NCBI GenBank assembly: GCA_002493085.1
Contig: DKXQ01000261.1
Span: forward strand, 340 to 51,107
Direction: 5' to 3'
Length of the DNA: 50,768 bases
Source of the DNA: Lachnoclostridium sp. UBA7122
Lineage (GTDB): Bacteria; Bacillota; Clostridia; Lachnospirales; Lachnospiraceae
Positions 9,098 through 19,685 of this stretch are shown piece after piece (the first letter of the stretch is position 1; the number at the start of each line of letters is the position of its first letter). The notes below the pieces were generated by a model. The model was not told the origin of the DNA. It saw nothing but the letters and a program-made list of their open reading frames with translations, and did not search any database. A program made the position numbers and the translations under genes.

Positions 9098-9121
9098 AAA
9101 AATAAGAATGGAGGGAATACT

Positions 9122-10465
9122 ATGAAGTATTTTGGTACAGATGGTTTCCGTGGTGAAGCTAATGTTGGTTTAAATGTTATACATGCATATAAAGCAGGAC
9201 GTTTTCTTGGGTGGTATTATGGACAGGAACACAAGGCAAGAATTATAATAGGAAAAGATACCAGGCGTTCAAGCTATATGTTTGAAGATGCGTTATCAGC
9301 AGGACTTACAGCAAGTGGTGCAGATGTATACCTGCTGCATGTAACCCCGACACCAAGTGTATCATATGTAGTAAGGACGGAGCAGTTTGACTGTGGAATA
9401 ATGATTTCAGCAAGCCATAACCCATACTATGACAATGGCATTAAAGTTATCAATGGCAATGGGCACAAGCTTGAGGCAGAGATAGAAGAAAAAATAGAAG
9501 AGTACATAGATGGCCCGGAAGATGCAATACCATTTGCAACAAAGGAAAATATCGGATGTACAGTTGACTATGCAATAGGAAGGCACAGATATATAGGCTA
9601 TCTTATGTCACTTGCCACGCGTTCATTTAAAAATATCCGGGTGGGCCTGGACTGTGCTAATGGTTCTTCATATTCTGTAGCAAAGGGTGTGTTTGATGCA
9701 TTAGGCGCTAAGACATTTGTGATAGGGATGGAGCCGGATGGCACAAATATTAATAAAGACTGTGGCTCTACCCATATTGAAAACCTGCAGAAGTTTGTAA
9801 AAGAGAAAAACCTTGATATAGGTTTTGCATATGATGGTGATGCGGACCGATGCCTTGCAGTTGACGATAAAGGGGAAGTAATTGATGGTGATGCAATACT
9901 TTATCTGTGTGGATGTTACCTTAAAGAAAAAGGAGAGCTTAATAATAATACAGTTGTAACTACTATTATGTCTAATATTGGTCTTTACAAGGCGCTTGAC
10001 AAAGCTGGCATATTATATGAAAAAACTGCTGTTGGTGATAAATATGTCAATGCATGCATGATGGAAGCGGGACATTCGCTTGGCGGTGAACAGTCAGGAC
10101 ATATTATATTCAGCAAATATGCTGTAACAGGTGATGGTGTGCTTACATCCCTTATGCTTATGGAAGTTATGCTTGAAAAGAAAACAAAGCTTTCAGAACT
10201 TAGGAAAGATTTAAAAATTTATCCACAGTTGTTAAAGAATGTAAAAGTGGCTGATAAAAAAGCTGCAATAAATGACCCTGATGTGCAGAGTGCTGCCAGT
10301 GAGGCTGAAAAAGCACTTGCAGGCAATGGACGCATCCTTATAAGGGAAAGCGGGACAGAGCCAGTAATACGTGTGATGGCAGAGGCTGAAACACAGGAAT
10401 TATGCGGGAAATATGTAGATAAAATAATAGCAGTTTTAGAAGAAAAGAAACATGTTACCAGCTAA
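9122..10465 (+). CDS. glmM: Phosphoglucosamine mutase
   Basis: MKYFGTDGFRG, active-site MISASHNP, metal loop DGDADR, GGEQSGH, RESGTEP. Confidence 0.96.
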   Translation: MKYFGTDGFRGEANVGLNVIHAYKAGRFLGWYYGQEHKARIIIGKDTRRSSYMFEDALSAGLTASGADVYLLHVTPTPSVSYVVRTEQFDCGIMISASHNPYYDNGIKVINGNGHKLEAEIEEKIEEYIDGPEDAIPFATKENIGCTVDYAIGRHRYIGYLMSLATRSFKNIRVGLDCANGSSYSVAKGVFDALGAKTFVIGMEPDGTNINKDCGSTHIENLQKFVKEKNLDIGFAYDGDADRCLAVDDKGEVIDGDAILYLCGCYLKEKGELNNNTVVTTIMSNIGLYKALDKAGILYEKTAVGDKYVNACMMEAGHSLGGEQSGHIIFSKYAVTGDGVLTSLMLMEVMLEKKTKLSELRKDLKIYPQLLKNVKVADKKAAINDPDVQSAASEAEKALAGNGRILIRESGTEPVIRVMAEAETQELCGKYVDKIIAVLEEKKHVTS

Positions 10466-10493
10466 AAATGTGTTTTTGATTATAATTTTTATC

Positions 10494-10518
10494 TAAACCC
10501 CTTGATTTTAGGGGTTTA
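10494..10518 (+). terminator. Hairpin after glmM overlapping the probable tig promoter
   Basis: TAAACCCCT-N7-AGGGGTTTA; contains TTGATT (10502) with TGcTATATT at 10523-10531. Confidence 0.5.
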
Positions 10519-10592
10519 TTCGTGCTATATTATACAAATGACAGATTGCGGGAGAGGATACCCGTTTTTGAATATAAGGAGGAAATATTAAA

Positions 10593-11879
10593 ATGAGTGT
10601 ACAGGTAGAAAATTTAGAGAAGAGCATGGCAAAGCTTACAGTCGAAGTCCCAGCAGAGGAACTTGAAAAAGCGATGGACAGTGCGTATAAAAAAAACAGG
10701 AATAGAATAGTAGTACCTGGTTTCCGCAAGGGAAAAGCTCCACGCAAAATGATAGAAAAGATGTATGGCGCAGGAGTGTTTTATGAAGATGCTGCTAATA
10801 TTATTATTCCTGATGCATATGAGAATGCTTTTAAGGAAAGTGGCCTGGAAATCGTTTCACAGCCTGAAATTAAAGTAGAGCAGATAGAAAAAGGCATGCC
10901 ATTTATCTTCACTGCTACCGTAGCTGTTAAACCAGAGGTTACACTTGGAGATTATAAGGGCATTGAAGTAGAAAAGAAAGAAGCAGAAGTTTCTGACAAA
11001 GAAATTGACGAAGAGATTAACAGGGTAAGGGAAAGCAATTCACGTATGATAACAGTTGATGACAGGGCAGTACAGGATGGTGATACTGTTACAATAGACT
11101 TTGACGGTTATATTGATGGTGAGCAGTTTGAAGGCGGAAAGTCTGAAAACCATTCACTTGTTATAGGTTCGCATACATTTATTGACAATTTTGAAGAACA
11201 GATTATTGGAAAAAATATTGGTGATGAATTTGATGTCAATGTAACATTCCCTGAAATGTACCAGTCAGAAGAGCTGCGTGGAAAAGCTGCTGTATTCAAA
11301 GTGAAGCTTAATGGAATTAAAATAAAAGAGCTTCCAGATGTTGATGATGAGTTTGCACAGGATGTATCTGATTTTGATACATTGGCAGAGTATAGGGAAG
11401 ACCTTAAGAACAAACTGCTTGAAAATAAAAAGATTATTATTAAGAGAGAGAAAGAAGAAGAAGTAATAAGAAAAATTATTGACAATGCACAGATGGATAT
11501 TCCAGAACCTATGATTGATGAACAGATAAGGCAGATGACACAGGAACTTGCACAGAATATGAAAAGACAGGGGCTTTCTTTTGAACAGTATATGCAGATT
11601 ACAGGATATACACCAAAAAAGCTGGTTGATGATATAAAGCCACAGGCAGTCCTGCGCATACAGAACCGCCTTGTGCTTGAAGCAGTCGTTGCTGCTGAGA
11701 ATATCGGAGCTTCAGAAGAAGAATATGATAAAGAAGTTGAAAATATGGCAGCTATGTACAATATGGAGGCTGGAAAGCTTAAAGAGCGGATTAGTAATGA
11801 AGAGAAAGAACAGATACTTATGGATATAGCAGTACAGAAAGCAGCTGGCTTTGTTGTTGATGCATCAGTTGAAGTGTAA
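10593..11879 (+). CDS. tig: Trigger factor
   Basis: [10 protein letters not shown] signature, FKBP domain ([15 protein letters not shown]), SD AAGGAGG. Confidence 0.97.
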   Translation: MSVQVENLEKSMAKLTVEVPAEELEKAMDSAYKKNRNRIVVPGFRKGKAPRKMIEKMYGAGVFYEDAANIIIPDAYENAFKESGLEIVSQPEIKVEQIEKGMPFIFTATVAVKPEVTLGDYKGIEVEKKEAEVSDKEIDEEINRVRESNSRMITVDDRAVQDGDTVTIDFDGYIDGEQFEGGKSENHSLVIGSHTFIDNFEEQIIGKNIGDEFDVNVTFPEMYQSEELRGKAAVFKVKLNGIKIKELPDVDDEFAQDVSDFDTLAEYREDLKNKLLENKKIIIKREKEEEVIRKIIDNAQMDIPEPMIDEQIRQMTQELAQNMKRQGLSFEQYMQITGYTPKKLVDDIKPQAVLRIQNRLVLEAVVAAENIGASEEEYDKEVENMAAMYNMEAGKLKERISNEEKEQILMDIAVQKAAGFVVDASVEV

Positions 11880-11890
11880 GGAGGGTTATA

Positions 11891-12478
11891 ATGGGTTATA
11901 GTATACCTTATGTTATTGAGAAGACGAGCAGCGGTGAGCGCTCATATGATATTTATTCGAGGCTTTTACAGGACAGGATTATATTTCTGACTGGTGAGGT
12001 AAATGACGATGTTGCGAGTGTACTCGTTTCAGAACTTCTTTTTCTTGAGTCACAGGATACAGAAAAAGATGTACAGTTTTATATTAACAGCCCAGGCGGC
12101 TCTGTAAGTGCAGGGCTTGCAATATATGATACAATGAACTATATAAAATGTGATGTTTCCACTATTTGTATGGGACTTGCTGCCAGTATGGGTTCTTTCC
12201 TTTTATCAGGAGGTGCAAAGGGAAAGAGGTTTGCCCTTCCAAATTCAGAAATCCTGATACACCAGCCATCAGGCGGTGCAAAAGGCCAGGAGACAGAAAT
12301 CCGTATTGTGGCAGAACAGATGTTAAAGACAAGAAACCAGTTAAACAGAATACTTGCAGAGAATACAGGACAGCCACTGGAAAGAATACAGACTGATACA
12401 GAACGCGACAATTATATGACAGCACAGGAAGCAAAAGACTATGGTTTAATAGATGAAATAATCACAAAAAGGAAATGA
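11891..12478 (+). CDS. clpP: ATP-dependent Clp protease proteolytic subunit
   Basis: [20 protein letters not shown], catalytic AASMG / IHQP / RDNYM. Confidence 0.97.
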   Translation: MGYSIPYVIEKTSSGERSYDIYSRLLQDRIIFLTGEVNDDVASVLVSELLFLESQDTEKDVQFYINSPGGSVSAGLAIYDTMNYIKCDVSTICMGLAASMGSFLLSGGAKGKRFALPNSEILIHQPSGGAKGQETEIRIVAEQMLKTRNQLNRILAENTGQPLERIQTDTERDNYMTAQEAKDYGLIDEIITKRK

Positions 12479-12487
12479 GGGTAATTG

Positions 12488-13759
12488 ATGGGATTAAAGA
12501 AAGATGATGCAAAGCTGAAATGCTCATTCTGCGGTAAAACGCAGAACCAGGTCCACAAGCTGGTTGCAGGACCTGGCGTCTATATATGTGACCAATGTAT
12601 TGAACTCTGTTCCGAAATCATAGAAGAGGATGATGATGAGGAAATTTACAACAATGATATGAATATCAACCTTCTGAAGCCTAAAGAAATGAAAGAGTTC
12701 CTTGATGAGTATGTGGTAGGCCAGGAGGATGCAAAAAAGGTGCTTTCCGTATCTGTTTATAACCATTATAAACGTGTGCTTTCAGGCAGGAGCATGGATG
12801 TGGAACTGCAGAAAAGCAATATTATGATGATAGGCCCTACAGGTTCAGGCAAGACGTTCCTTGCACAGACACTTGCCAAGGTGCTTAACGTCCCATTTGC
12901 GATTGCAGATGCGACTGCACTTACAGAAGCTGGCTATGTAGGAGAAGATGTAGAAAACATCCTTTTAAAGATTATACAGGCAGCAGATTATGATATGGAA
13001 AGAGCTGAACATGGAATCATATATATAGATGAGATTGATAAAATTACACGTAAAGGAGAAAATGTTTCAATTACAAGGGATGTTTCAGGAGAAGGTGTAC
13101 AGCAGGCCCTGCTTAAAATCTTAGAGGGTACAGTTGCAAGCGTTCCGCCACAGGGTGGCAGGAAACATCCACACCAGGAGTTCTTCCAGATTGATACAAC
13201 AAATATATTATTTATCTGTGGCGGGGCATTTGATGGACTGGAAAATATAATTGGAACACGTATAGGTAAGAAGTCAATTGGTTTTAATGCAGAAATTTCA
13301 ACAAAAAGGGATGAAAATATTGGTGATTTATTCAGGCAGGTACTTCCTGAAGATTTTGTCAAGTTTGGAATTATTCCTGAACTTATTGGAAGACTGCCTA
13401 TAAATGTTGCACTTGACCTGCTCGACGAGGAAGCACTTAAGAAAATCCTTGTTGAACCCAAAAATGCAATTACTAAGCAATATAAAAAACTGTTTGAAAT
13501 GGATGGCGTAAAGCTTACGTTTGCAGATGAAGCAATTGAAGCAGTTGCAAAGCGCTCAGTTGAAAGAAAAACTGGTGCAAGAGGACTGCGTGCAATTATG
13601 GAATCTATAATGATGGATGCAATGTTTGAGGTGCCGTCAGACAGTGAAGTAAAAGAATGTATTATCACTAAGGAATCAGTGGCAGGCGATGAAGAGCCAC
13701 TTCTTATTCTTAAGAATGATGAAATCAGGCATGCAACAAAAACCAATGAAATTGCATAA
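12488..13759 (+). CDS. clpX: ATP-dependent Clp protease ATP-binding subunit ClpX
   Basis: C4 zinc finger CSFCGK...[27 protein letters not shown] loop. Confidence 0.97.
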   Translation: MGLKKDDAKLKCSFCGKTQNQVHKLVAGPGVYICDQCIELCSEIIEEDDDEEIYNNDMNINLLKPKEMKEFLDEYVVGQEDAKKVLSVSVYNHYKRVLSGRSMDVELQKSNIMMIGPTGSGKTFLAQTLAKVLNVPFAIADATALTEAGYVGEDVENILLKIIQAADYDMERAEHGIIYIDEIDKITRKGENVSITRDVSGEGVQQALLKILEGTVASVPPQGGRKHPHQEFFQIDTTNILFICGGAFDGLENIIGTRIGKKSIGFNAEISTKRDENIGDLFRQVLPEDFVKFGIIPELIGRLPINVALDLLDEEALKKILVEPKNAITKQYKKLFEMDGVKLTFADEAIEAVAKRSVERKTGARGLRAIMESIMMDAMFEVPSDSEVKECIITKESVAGDEEPLLILKNDEIRHATKTNEIA

Positions 13760-13794
13760 ATTTGGGAGAGATGGATAATCCCTCTGTTTTGTAA

Positions 13795-16143
13795 ATGGAG
13801 AATCAGCTGGAAATGGGAGAAAATATAGATGTAGCAGATACAATGGAAGATGTTCCTGTAGTCACACTAAGGGATTTAGTAGTATTTCCAAAAACAACTG
13901 TATATTTTGAAGTAGGGCGTGAAAGTACAGTCAGGGCTCTAAAAGAGGCTATGAACAGCAAACAGCTTGTGTTTACTGTTGCACAGAAAGACCCGGCAGT
14001 TGAAAATCCGGGGATAGATGATTTGTTTGAGACAGGAACCCTTGCTGAGGTAAAGCAGATAGTAAACATGCCTGGAAAAATCATCAGGGTTGTTATAGTG
14101 GGCAAGGAACGTATGAAACTTAAGTTTCTTGAAACAAAAGATGGCTATCTCTCTGGAACACTTGAAAGTCTTCCGGAGACAGGGGATACATCATATACAC
14201 TTGAGATGGTTGCACTTGTGCGTGGCATCAGGGATTTATTCCAGATATACGCCAATGAAAATGGCAGGTTTAACCACAAGCTTATTGATGAGATTTTAAA
14301 AATTACAGACCTTGATACACTGGTTTACCAGATTTGTTCTAATATACCTGTCAGCTACCAGGTAAAACAAAAAATTCTTTCAGAGGACAGTGTAATAGAC
14401 CGTCATGAACAGCTGTCTGTTGTGCTGAGCCGTGAGATAGGCATAATGCGGATACAGGAAGATATTTCTAAGCGGGTAAAAGAACAGGTAGGAAGTAACC
14501 AGAAAGAGTATTATCTGCGTGAACAGATGAAAGCGATACACAAAGAACTTGGTGATGAAGACTCTGAAAATGACGCAGACAAATATATAGAATCTTTAAA
14601 GAAACTTAAAGCATCTAAAAAGGTAAAGAAAAAAATTAAAGATGAAATCAGGCGTTTTAAACTGACAAGTTCCAGTTCATCTGAAAATGCTGTTATAAGA
14701 GGATACATTGAAACACTTCTTGATATTCCATGGAAGAAAGAGAGCAACAGCAATACAGATGTTGTACATGCCAGCGGAGTGCTGGATAAAGACCACTATG
14801 GTTTAAAGAATGTGAAAGAAAGAGTGCTTGAGTGCATTGCAGTCAGGGCAATTAAAAAGGATGGCCAGAGCCCTGTCATATGTCTTGCAGGACCGCCAGG
14901 AACAGGCAAGACATCAGTTGCAAAGTCAGTTGCAAAGGCTATGGACAGAAAATATGTGCGTATCTGTCTTGGTGGTGTACGTGATGAAGCTGAGATAAGA
15001 GGCCACAGACGTACCTATGTAGGTGCAATGCCAGGCAGGATTGTTACTGCATTAAGGTCAGCTAAAGTGAAAAATCCTGTTATGCTGCTTGATGAGATAG
15101 ACAAGCTTGGCAGTGACTATAAGGGCGACCCGTCTTCAGCACTCCTTGAGGTACTTGACTCTGAACAGAATAAACACTTCCGGGACCACTATGTGGAGCT
15201 GCCAGTAGACTTATCAAAAGTAATGTTTATATGTACTGCAAATACTACTGATACAATTCCAAAACCGCTTCTTGACAGGATGGAAGTTATAGAGCTGCCT
15301 GGATATACATCTAATGAAAAATTTCATATTGCTAAAGAACATCTTTTAGAAAAACAAAAAATTGCCAATGGTTTGACAAAAAACCAGCTTAATATATCAG
15401 ATAGAGCTGTTAAGATAATTATTGAAAATTATACACGTGAAGCAGGCGTAAGGAATCTTGAAAGAAAAATTGCACAGATATGCAGAAAAGCAGCTATGGA
15501 AGCTGCAAAAGATGCAGATTGCCGTATAAGGGTATCAGAGCGCAATATCAGGAAATTTCTTGGAACTGAAAAGTATACTATAGATATGGCAAATACAGAA
15601 CCTGACACCGGCATAGTGAGAGGTCTCGCATGGACAGGTTCTGGCGGGGATACGCTGGAAGTAGAAGTAAATGTTATGAAAGGCACTGGCAAGCTTGAAC
15701 TTACAGGAAAACTGGGCGATGTTATGCAGGAATCAGCTAAAATTGCCCTGTCATATGTGAGGTCTGTTGCATCTGAAAACCTTCCTGATAAATATTTTGA
15801 AGAGCATGATGTGCATCTTCATGTACCAGAGGGTGCTGTGCCAAAAGACGGGCCATCCGCCGGGATTACAATGGCTACAGCTATTTACTCTGCTGTAACC
15901 GGACAGAAAGTAAGGGCTGATGTGGCAATGACAGGTGAACTTACACTGCGTGGCAGGATTCTTCCTGTAGGCGGATTAAAAGAAAAGATACTTGCGGCAA
16001 AAACTGCTGGCATAAAACTTGTATTTGTGCCAGCAAAAAATAAAAAAGACATTGATGACATTGAAAAAGAAATTTTAGATGGAATAAATGTGAAGTATAC
16101 GCAGCATGCAGAAGAGGTATTTAAGGAGGTTCTGGTACAGTGA
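13795..16143 (+). CDS. lon: Lon protease (endopeptidase La)
   Basis: GPPGTGKT, RGHRRTYVGAMPG, catalytic PKDGPSAG and VGGLKEK; exact start uncertain. Confidence 0.96.
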   Translation: MENQLEMGENIDVADTMEDVPVVTLRDLVVFPKTTVYFEVGRESTVRALKEAMNSKQLVFTVAQKDPAVENPGIDDLFETGTLAEVKQIVNMPGKIIRVVIVGKERMKLKFLETKDGYLSGTLESLPETGDTSYTLEMVALVRGIRDLFQIYANENGRFNHKLIDEILKITDLDTLVYQICSNIPVSYQVKQKILSEDSVIDRHEQLSVVLSREIGIMRIQEDISKRVKEQVGSNQKEYYLREQMKAIHKELGDEDSENDADKYIESLKKLKASKKVKKKIKDEIRRFKLTSSSSSENAVIRGYIETLLDIPWKKESNSNTDVVHASGVLDKDHYGLKNVKERVLECIAVRAIKKDGQSPVICLAGPPGTGKTSVAKSVAKAMDRKYVRICLGGVRDEAEIRGHRRTYVGAMPGRIVTALRSAKVKNPVMLLDEIDKLGSDYKGDPSSALLEVLDSEQNKHFRDHYVELPVDLSKVMFICTANTTDTIPKPLLDRMEVIELPGYTSNEKFHIAKEHLLEKQKIANGLTKNQLNISDRAVKIIIENYTREAGVRNLERKIAQICRKAAMEAAKDADCRIRVSERNIRKFLGTEKYTIDMANTEPDTGIVRGLAWTGSGGDTLEVEVNVMKGTGKLELTGKLGDVMQESAKIALSYVRSVASENLPDKYFEEHDVHLHVPEGAVPKDGPSAGITMATAIYSAVTGQKVRADVAMTGELTLRGRILPVGGLKEKILAAKTAGIKLVFVPAKNKKDIDDIEKEILDGINVKYTQHAEEVFKEVLVQ

Positions 16144-16745
16144 AGATTAAAAGCATAAACCTGGAAACAGTATGTGGCATTACAAGCAGGCTTCCAGAAA
16201 ACCATATGCTTGAGATTGCATTCACAGGACGTTCCAATGTTGGTAAGTCATCACTGATAAACAGCCTGGTGAACAGGAAAGCCTATGCACGGACTTCCCA
16301 GCAGCCAGGCAAAACCCAGACCATCAATTTTTATAATATCAATGAAATGCTGTATTTTGTAGACCTTCCTGGATATGGCTATGCAAAAGTATCAAAAGAA
16401 ATAGTTGCAAAATGGGGTAAAATGATTAATAATTATCTTGAAAGTTCAAAAGTCCTACGGCTGGTATTTTTACTTGTGGATATACGTCACACGCCAAATA
16501 AAAACGATATACAGATGTATAACTGGTGTACAAGCTATGGCTTTAATCCTATAATAATTGCTACAAAGGAGGATAAAGTCAAACGTGCCCAGAAGCCAAA
16601 GCTGGTTAAAGATATAGAACGTGCCCTGGACGTGGAGGAGGGGACACCAGTAATACCATTTTCATCGGTTACAAAGTCCGGCAAAGATGAAATCTGGAAG
16701 TATATTGATATGGTCTATAGGAATTTTAAAGATGACATTGTGTAG
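16140..16745 (+). CDS. engB: Ribosome-biogenesis GTPase EngB/YihA/YsxC
   Basis: GRSNVGKSS, DLPGYGYA, TKED; GTG start overlaps lon stop (GTGA). Confidence 0.95.
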   Translation: MKIKSINLETVCGITSRLPENHMLEIAFTGRSNVGKSSLINSLVNRKAYARTSQQPGKTQTINFYNINEMLYFVDLPGYGYAKVSKEIVAKWGKMINNYLESSKVLRLVFLLVDIRHTPNKNDIQMYNWCTSYGFNPIIIATKEDKVKRAQKPKLVKDIERALDVEEGTPVIPFSSVTKSGKDEIWKYIDMVYRNFKDDIV

Positions 16746-16769
16746 TAAACAGAGATTGGAGGATTAAAG

Positions 16770-18536
16770 ATGTTAAGTCTTATAAAAGACGTAAAAGGAA
16801 CAACTAACGGACTTGGAAAAGTGAAAAAGCACAGAAAGATGCTGTGCTTATTTGTAATGCTTGCATTTACCTGCCTTGTATGGCAGAAAGCCTCTGCGCT
16901 GGACAAGCTTTTATACCAGGAATCAGCATCAGTATTTGTGGGTGGGTCAGTAAGCTTGAGGGGTTATATCAGTGAAGAATTTCTGGAACTTAATTATAAT
17001 GAAGATTATAATGCAGCAGATGCCGGTTACAGTATCGCTTATGGGTGGAATGACGAAAATCCGGAGCCTGGATGCGCAGCGCTTGACAGTGATGGCACTG
17101 TTACAGCACTTGCAGCAGGAAGCGTTAAAGTAGATATTACATTTACATATAATGACATTGAACAGACTGAGGTATTCACAGTTGAAATCTGTGAACCTGA
17201 ACAGATAAATATTGCATATGGTGAAAGCAGCACTCTTAAAGCTGCACAAATATATGATACAGGAAAATATATGTATACATCATCTGATGAAAGCATTGTA
17301 GTGAACGGTGACGGAAGCGTAACAGCACATGGCTTTAACAGTGCCCAGGTTTATGCTTCAGTTGATGATGGCAAAAAGATTGAAGTAGCCCAGGTCAACG
17401 TAGCATCCCCATCATTTATTACAGAAAGCCTGACCAGGGCAGCAGGTGCTCCTGCATATACTCCAGAGATAACTGGTTATACACCGCTTGAGGGGGATGA
17501 AGCAGTTAAATGGAAGTTTGCAGATGAGACAATTGCAGCAGTTACAGATGGTGGCATTGCAGCACTTGCTCCTGGTGAAACAGAAATGACTGCTGTTATA
17601 CGGCCAGAAAAAGGTGACAATATAAAGCTTACAACAAAGATTATTGTTACAAATCCTGTAATTTCAGAAAGTGATATTGTAATAGCTGAAGATATTACTA
17701 AAGAGATTACAATAGACGGGCTTAGTGAAACAAGTGTTATTGACTGGAATATAGGAATTAGTTCTGAAGGTTGTGCATATTTTAAAAAAGAGGGAAAACT
17801 TTACGCCAATGCTATGGGTGAAGATACTGTTACAATTAATGTTGATGGAAAAGATATTAACTGTTATGTAACAGTAACAGACCCTTATTTTGATGAAGAT
17901 GGCATAACTACTTATAAAGGTGCCTCAGATGATATAGTTATAGAAGGCATAGATGAAAGCGTAAGTACAGTTACATTTAAAAGTAAGAAAAAGGCTATAG
18001 CAGATGTAGATGAATATGGTACTATTGAGGCTAAGAAAGCTGGCAATACAGTTATTGTTGCCAATGCTGACGGCAGGAAAATAAAAATACCAGTTGAAGT
18101 TGCACCTTTAAAAGGCTATAAAGCTTCACAGAAGGCTATTTCAATATCTAATACAAAGACAAAATACAGCCAGGCAAAGAGAATGAGCAAGGGTTATTAT
18201 GACTGCAGTTCCCTTATCTGGAGAATTTATTCCCAGTATGGTGTATATTTTGGCGTAAATTCAGGCTGGGCACCTACAGCAGCTGAAATAGCAAAGTGGT
18301 GTACTAATAATGGAAAGAAAATTTATGATAAAGCAGTTTCATCTGATAAACTGCTGCCAGGAGATTTGATTTTCTTCTCATATACTAAGAATGGCCGCTA
18401 TAAAAATATCTCACATGTAGAAATATACACAGGACAGGATATGGACGTATCGGCAAGCAGCAGTAATAACAGAGTTATACATTATGAATATTCACAGAAT
18501 AATTCTATAGTTATGATTGCACGACCTACGAAATAA
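16770..18536 (+). CDS. Secreted NlpC/P60 (C40) cell-wall peptidase with multiple Ig-like domains
   Basis: Signal-peptide-like segment ending ASA; beta-rich repeats (DGTVTALAAG, GGIAALAPG, GTIEAKKAG); C-terminal YDCSSL...PGDLIFF...HVEIY. Confidence 0.85.
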   Translation: MLSLIKDVKGTTNGLGKVKKHRKMLCLFVMLAFTCLVWQKASALDKLLYQESASVFVGGSVSLRGYISEEFLELNYNEDYNAADAGYSIAYGWNDENPEPGCAALDSDGTVTALAAGSVKVDITFTYNDIEQTEVFTVEICEPEQINIAYGESSTLKAAQIYDTGKYMYTSSDESIVVNGDGSVTAHGFNSAQVYASVDDGKKIEVAQVNVASPSFITESLTRAAGAPAYTPEITGYTPLEGDEAVKWKFADETIAAVTDGGIAALAPGETEMTAVIRPEKGDNIKLTTKIIVTNPVISESDIVIAEDITKEITIDGLSETSVIDWNIGISSEGCAYFKKEGKLYANAMGEDTVTINVDGKDINCYVTVTDPYFDEDGITTYKGASDDIVIEGIDESVSTVTFKSKKKAIADVDEYGTIEAKKAGNTVIVANADGRKIKIPVEVAPLKGYKASQKAISISNTKTKYSQAKRMSKGYYDCSSLIWRIYSQYGVYFGVNSGWAPTAAEIAKWCTNNGKKIYDKAVSSDKLLPGDLIFFSYTKNGRYKNISHVEIYTGQDMDVSASSSNNRVIHYEYSQNNSIVMIARPTK

Positions 18537-18570
18537 TAATAATAAAAACTAGTATAAAATGGAGGCCGCC

Positions 18571-19611
18571 GTGAAAATAGTTGTATTAGCTGGAGGAATT
18601 AGCACAGAAAGAGAAGTTTCCCTGATTACTGGAAAAGGCGTATGCAGTGCTTTAAGAAAAAACGGGCATAAAGCCATATTGCTGGATTTATTTTTTGGAT
18701 ATGCTGGTAATGGGACTGATTTAGATGATGTTTTTGAAAAAGACTCCCTGATTAGTAATGAAATCCATAATATCAACATTACAGACCCTGACATTAACGA
18801 AATAAAGAAACTGCGTCCAGGAAACAGCAGCTGTCTGCCAGGTCCTAATGTACTTGATATATGCCGTATGGCAGATATTGTGTTTATGGCACTCCATGGC
18901 GCTGATGGTGAAAATGGCAAACTTCAGGCTGCATTTGATATCCTTGGCATAAAATATACTGGCTCAGGTTCACTTGGCAGTGCGCTTGCTATGGATAAAC
19001 TGGTATCTAAAAAGATATTAAAAGAGAGTGGCATACCAGTGCCAGAAGGCTTTACAGTGACAAGGAAGACCAAAGAAGACCGCTTTCCAGCTTTTCCATG
19101 TGTTGTTAAGCCATGCAGCGGTGGTTCAAGCGTTGGCGTAAGTATAGCAAATGATAAAGAAGAATATATGGAGGCGCTGGAAACTGCATTCAGATATGAA
19201 GATGTAATTCTTGTGGAAGATTATATAAAGGGAAGGGAATTTTCAACAGGTGTAATTGATGGAAAGGCATGTCCTGTTATTGAAATAATTCCAAAACAGG
19301 GATTTTATGATTATAAAACTAAGTACCAGCCAGGGATGGCAGAAGATATCTGCCCTGCCCAGATTAGCAGTGGACTGGCTGGCAGGATAAAAAAGTATGC
19401 AGAAGATGTATATCATATACTTGGACTTGAAGCATATGCAAGAGTAGATTTTCTGCTTGATGCAGATAATGGCATATACTGTCTTGAAGCTAATACACTT
19501 CCAGGCATGACACCGACAAGCCTGCTGCCTCAGGAAGCCAAAGCTGGCAATATAAGTTATGAGGAACTTTGTGAAAAAATCGTCACTGTTTCTATGGCAA
19601 AATATAAATAA
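18571..19611 (+). CDS. ddl: D-alanine--D-alanine ligase (housekeeping)
   Basis: GGISTEREVS, LHGADGENG, FYDYKTKY, EANTLPGMTPTSLLP; SD GGAGG before GTG 18571. Confidence 0.93.
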   Translation: MKIVVLAGGISTEREVSLITGKGVCSALRKNGHKAILLDLFFGYAGNGTDLDDVFEKDSLISNEIHNINITDPDINEIKKLRPGNSSCLPGPNVLDICRMADIVFMALHGADGENGKLQAAFDILGIKYTGSGSLGSALAMDKLVSKKILKESGIPVPEGFTVTRKTKEDRFPAFPCVVKPCSGGSSVGVSIANDKEEYMEALETAFRYEDVILVEDYIKGREFSTGVIDGKACPVIEIIPKQGFYDYKTKYQPGMAEDICPAQISSGLAGRIKKYAEDVYHILGLEAYARVDFLLDADNGIYCLEANTLPGMTPTSLLPQEAKAGNISYEELCEKIVTVSMAKYK

Positions 19612-19631
19612 TATAGGAGGATGCAAGGTAC

Positions 19632-19681
19632 AAATCCACTGCCATACCAGCGCTTAAAGGCAGTGGATTTCCTTGCTGGTT
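19632..19681 (+). repeat. 12-bp perfect inverted repeat, REP / IS200-IS605-end-like, between ddl and murF
   Basis: AAATCCACTGCC-N15-GGCAGTGGATTT followed by CCTTGCTGGTT. Confidence 0.65.
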
Positions 19682-19685
19682 TATT

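Noticed and set aside
8946-9121. glmS ribozyme, preQ1, fluoride or c-di-GMP riboswitch upstream of glmM
   Set aside because: Conserved cores not found by eye (no AGCGCC...GACGAGG, no A-rich preQ1 tail, no GGCGAUG, no paired GCAAA motifs); kept as an unassigned RNA
11108-13746. Long antisense ORFs inside tig and clpX (and similar ones inside pyk, spoVD, ftsZ, vanG)
   Set aside because: Ser/Ile/Phe-rich mirror frames of conserved genes with no RBS or domain; expected shadow ORFs
10466-13794. CIRCE or CtsR heat-shock operators at tig/clpP/clpX/lon
   Set aside because: No TTAGCACTC-N9-GAGTGCTAA or GGTCAAA direct repeat seen
16770-18100. Nucleotide tandem repeats or diversity-generating cassette in the Ig-repeat gene
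   Set aside because: Repeats are visible only as divergent protein motifs; no near-identical DNA copies or reverse transcriptase
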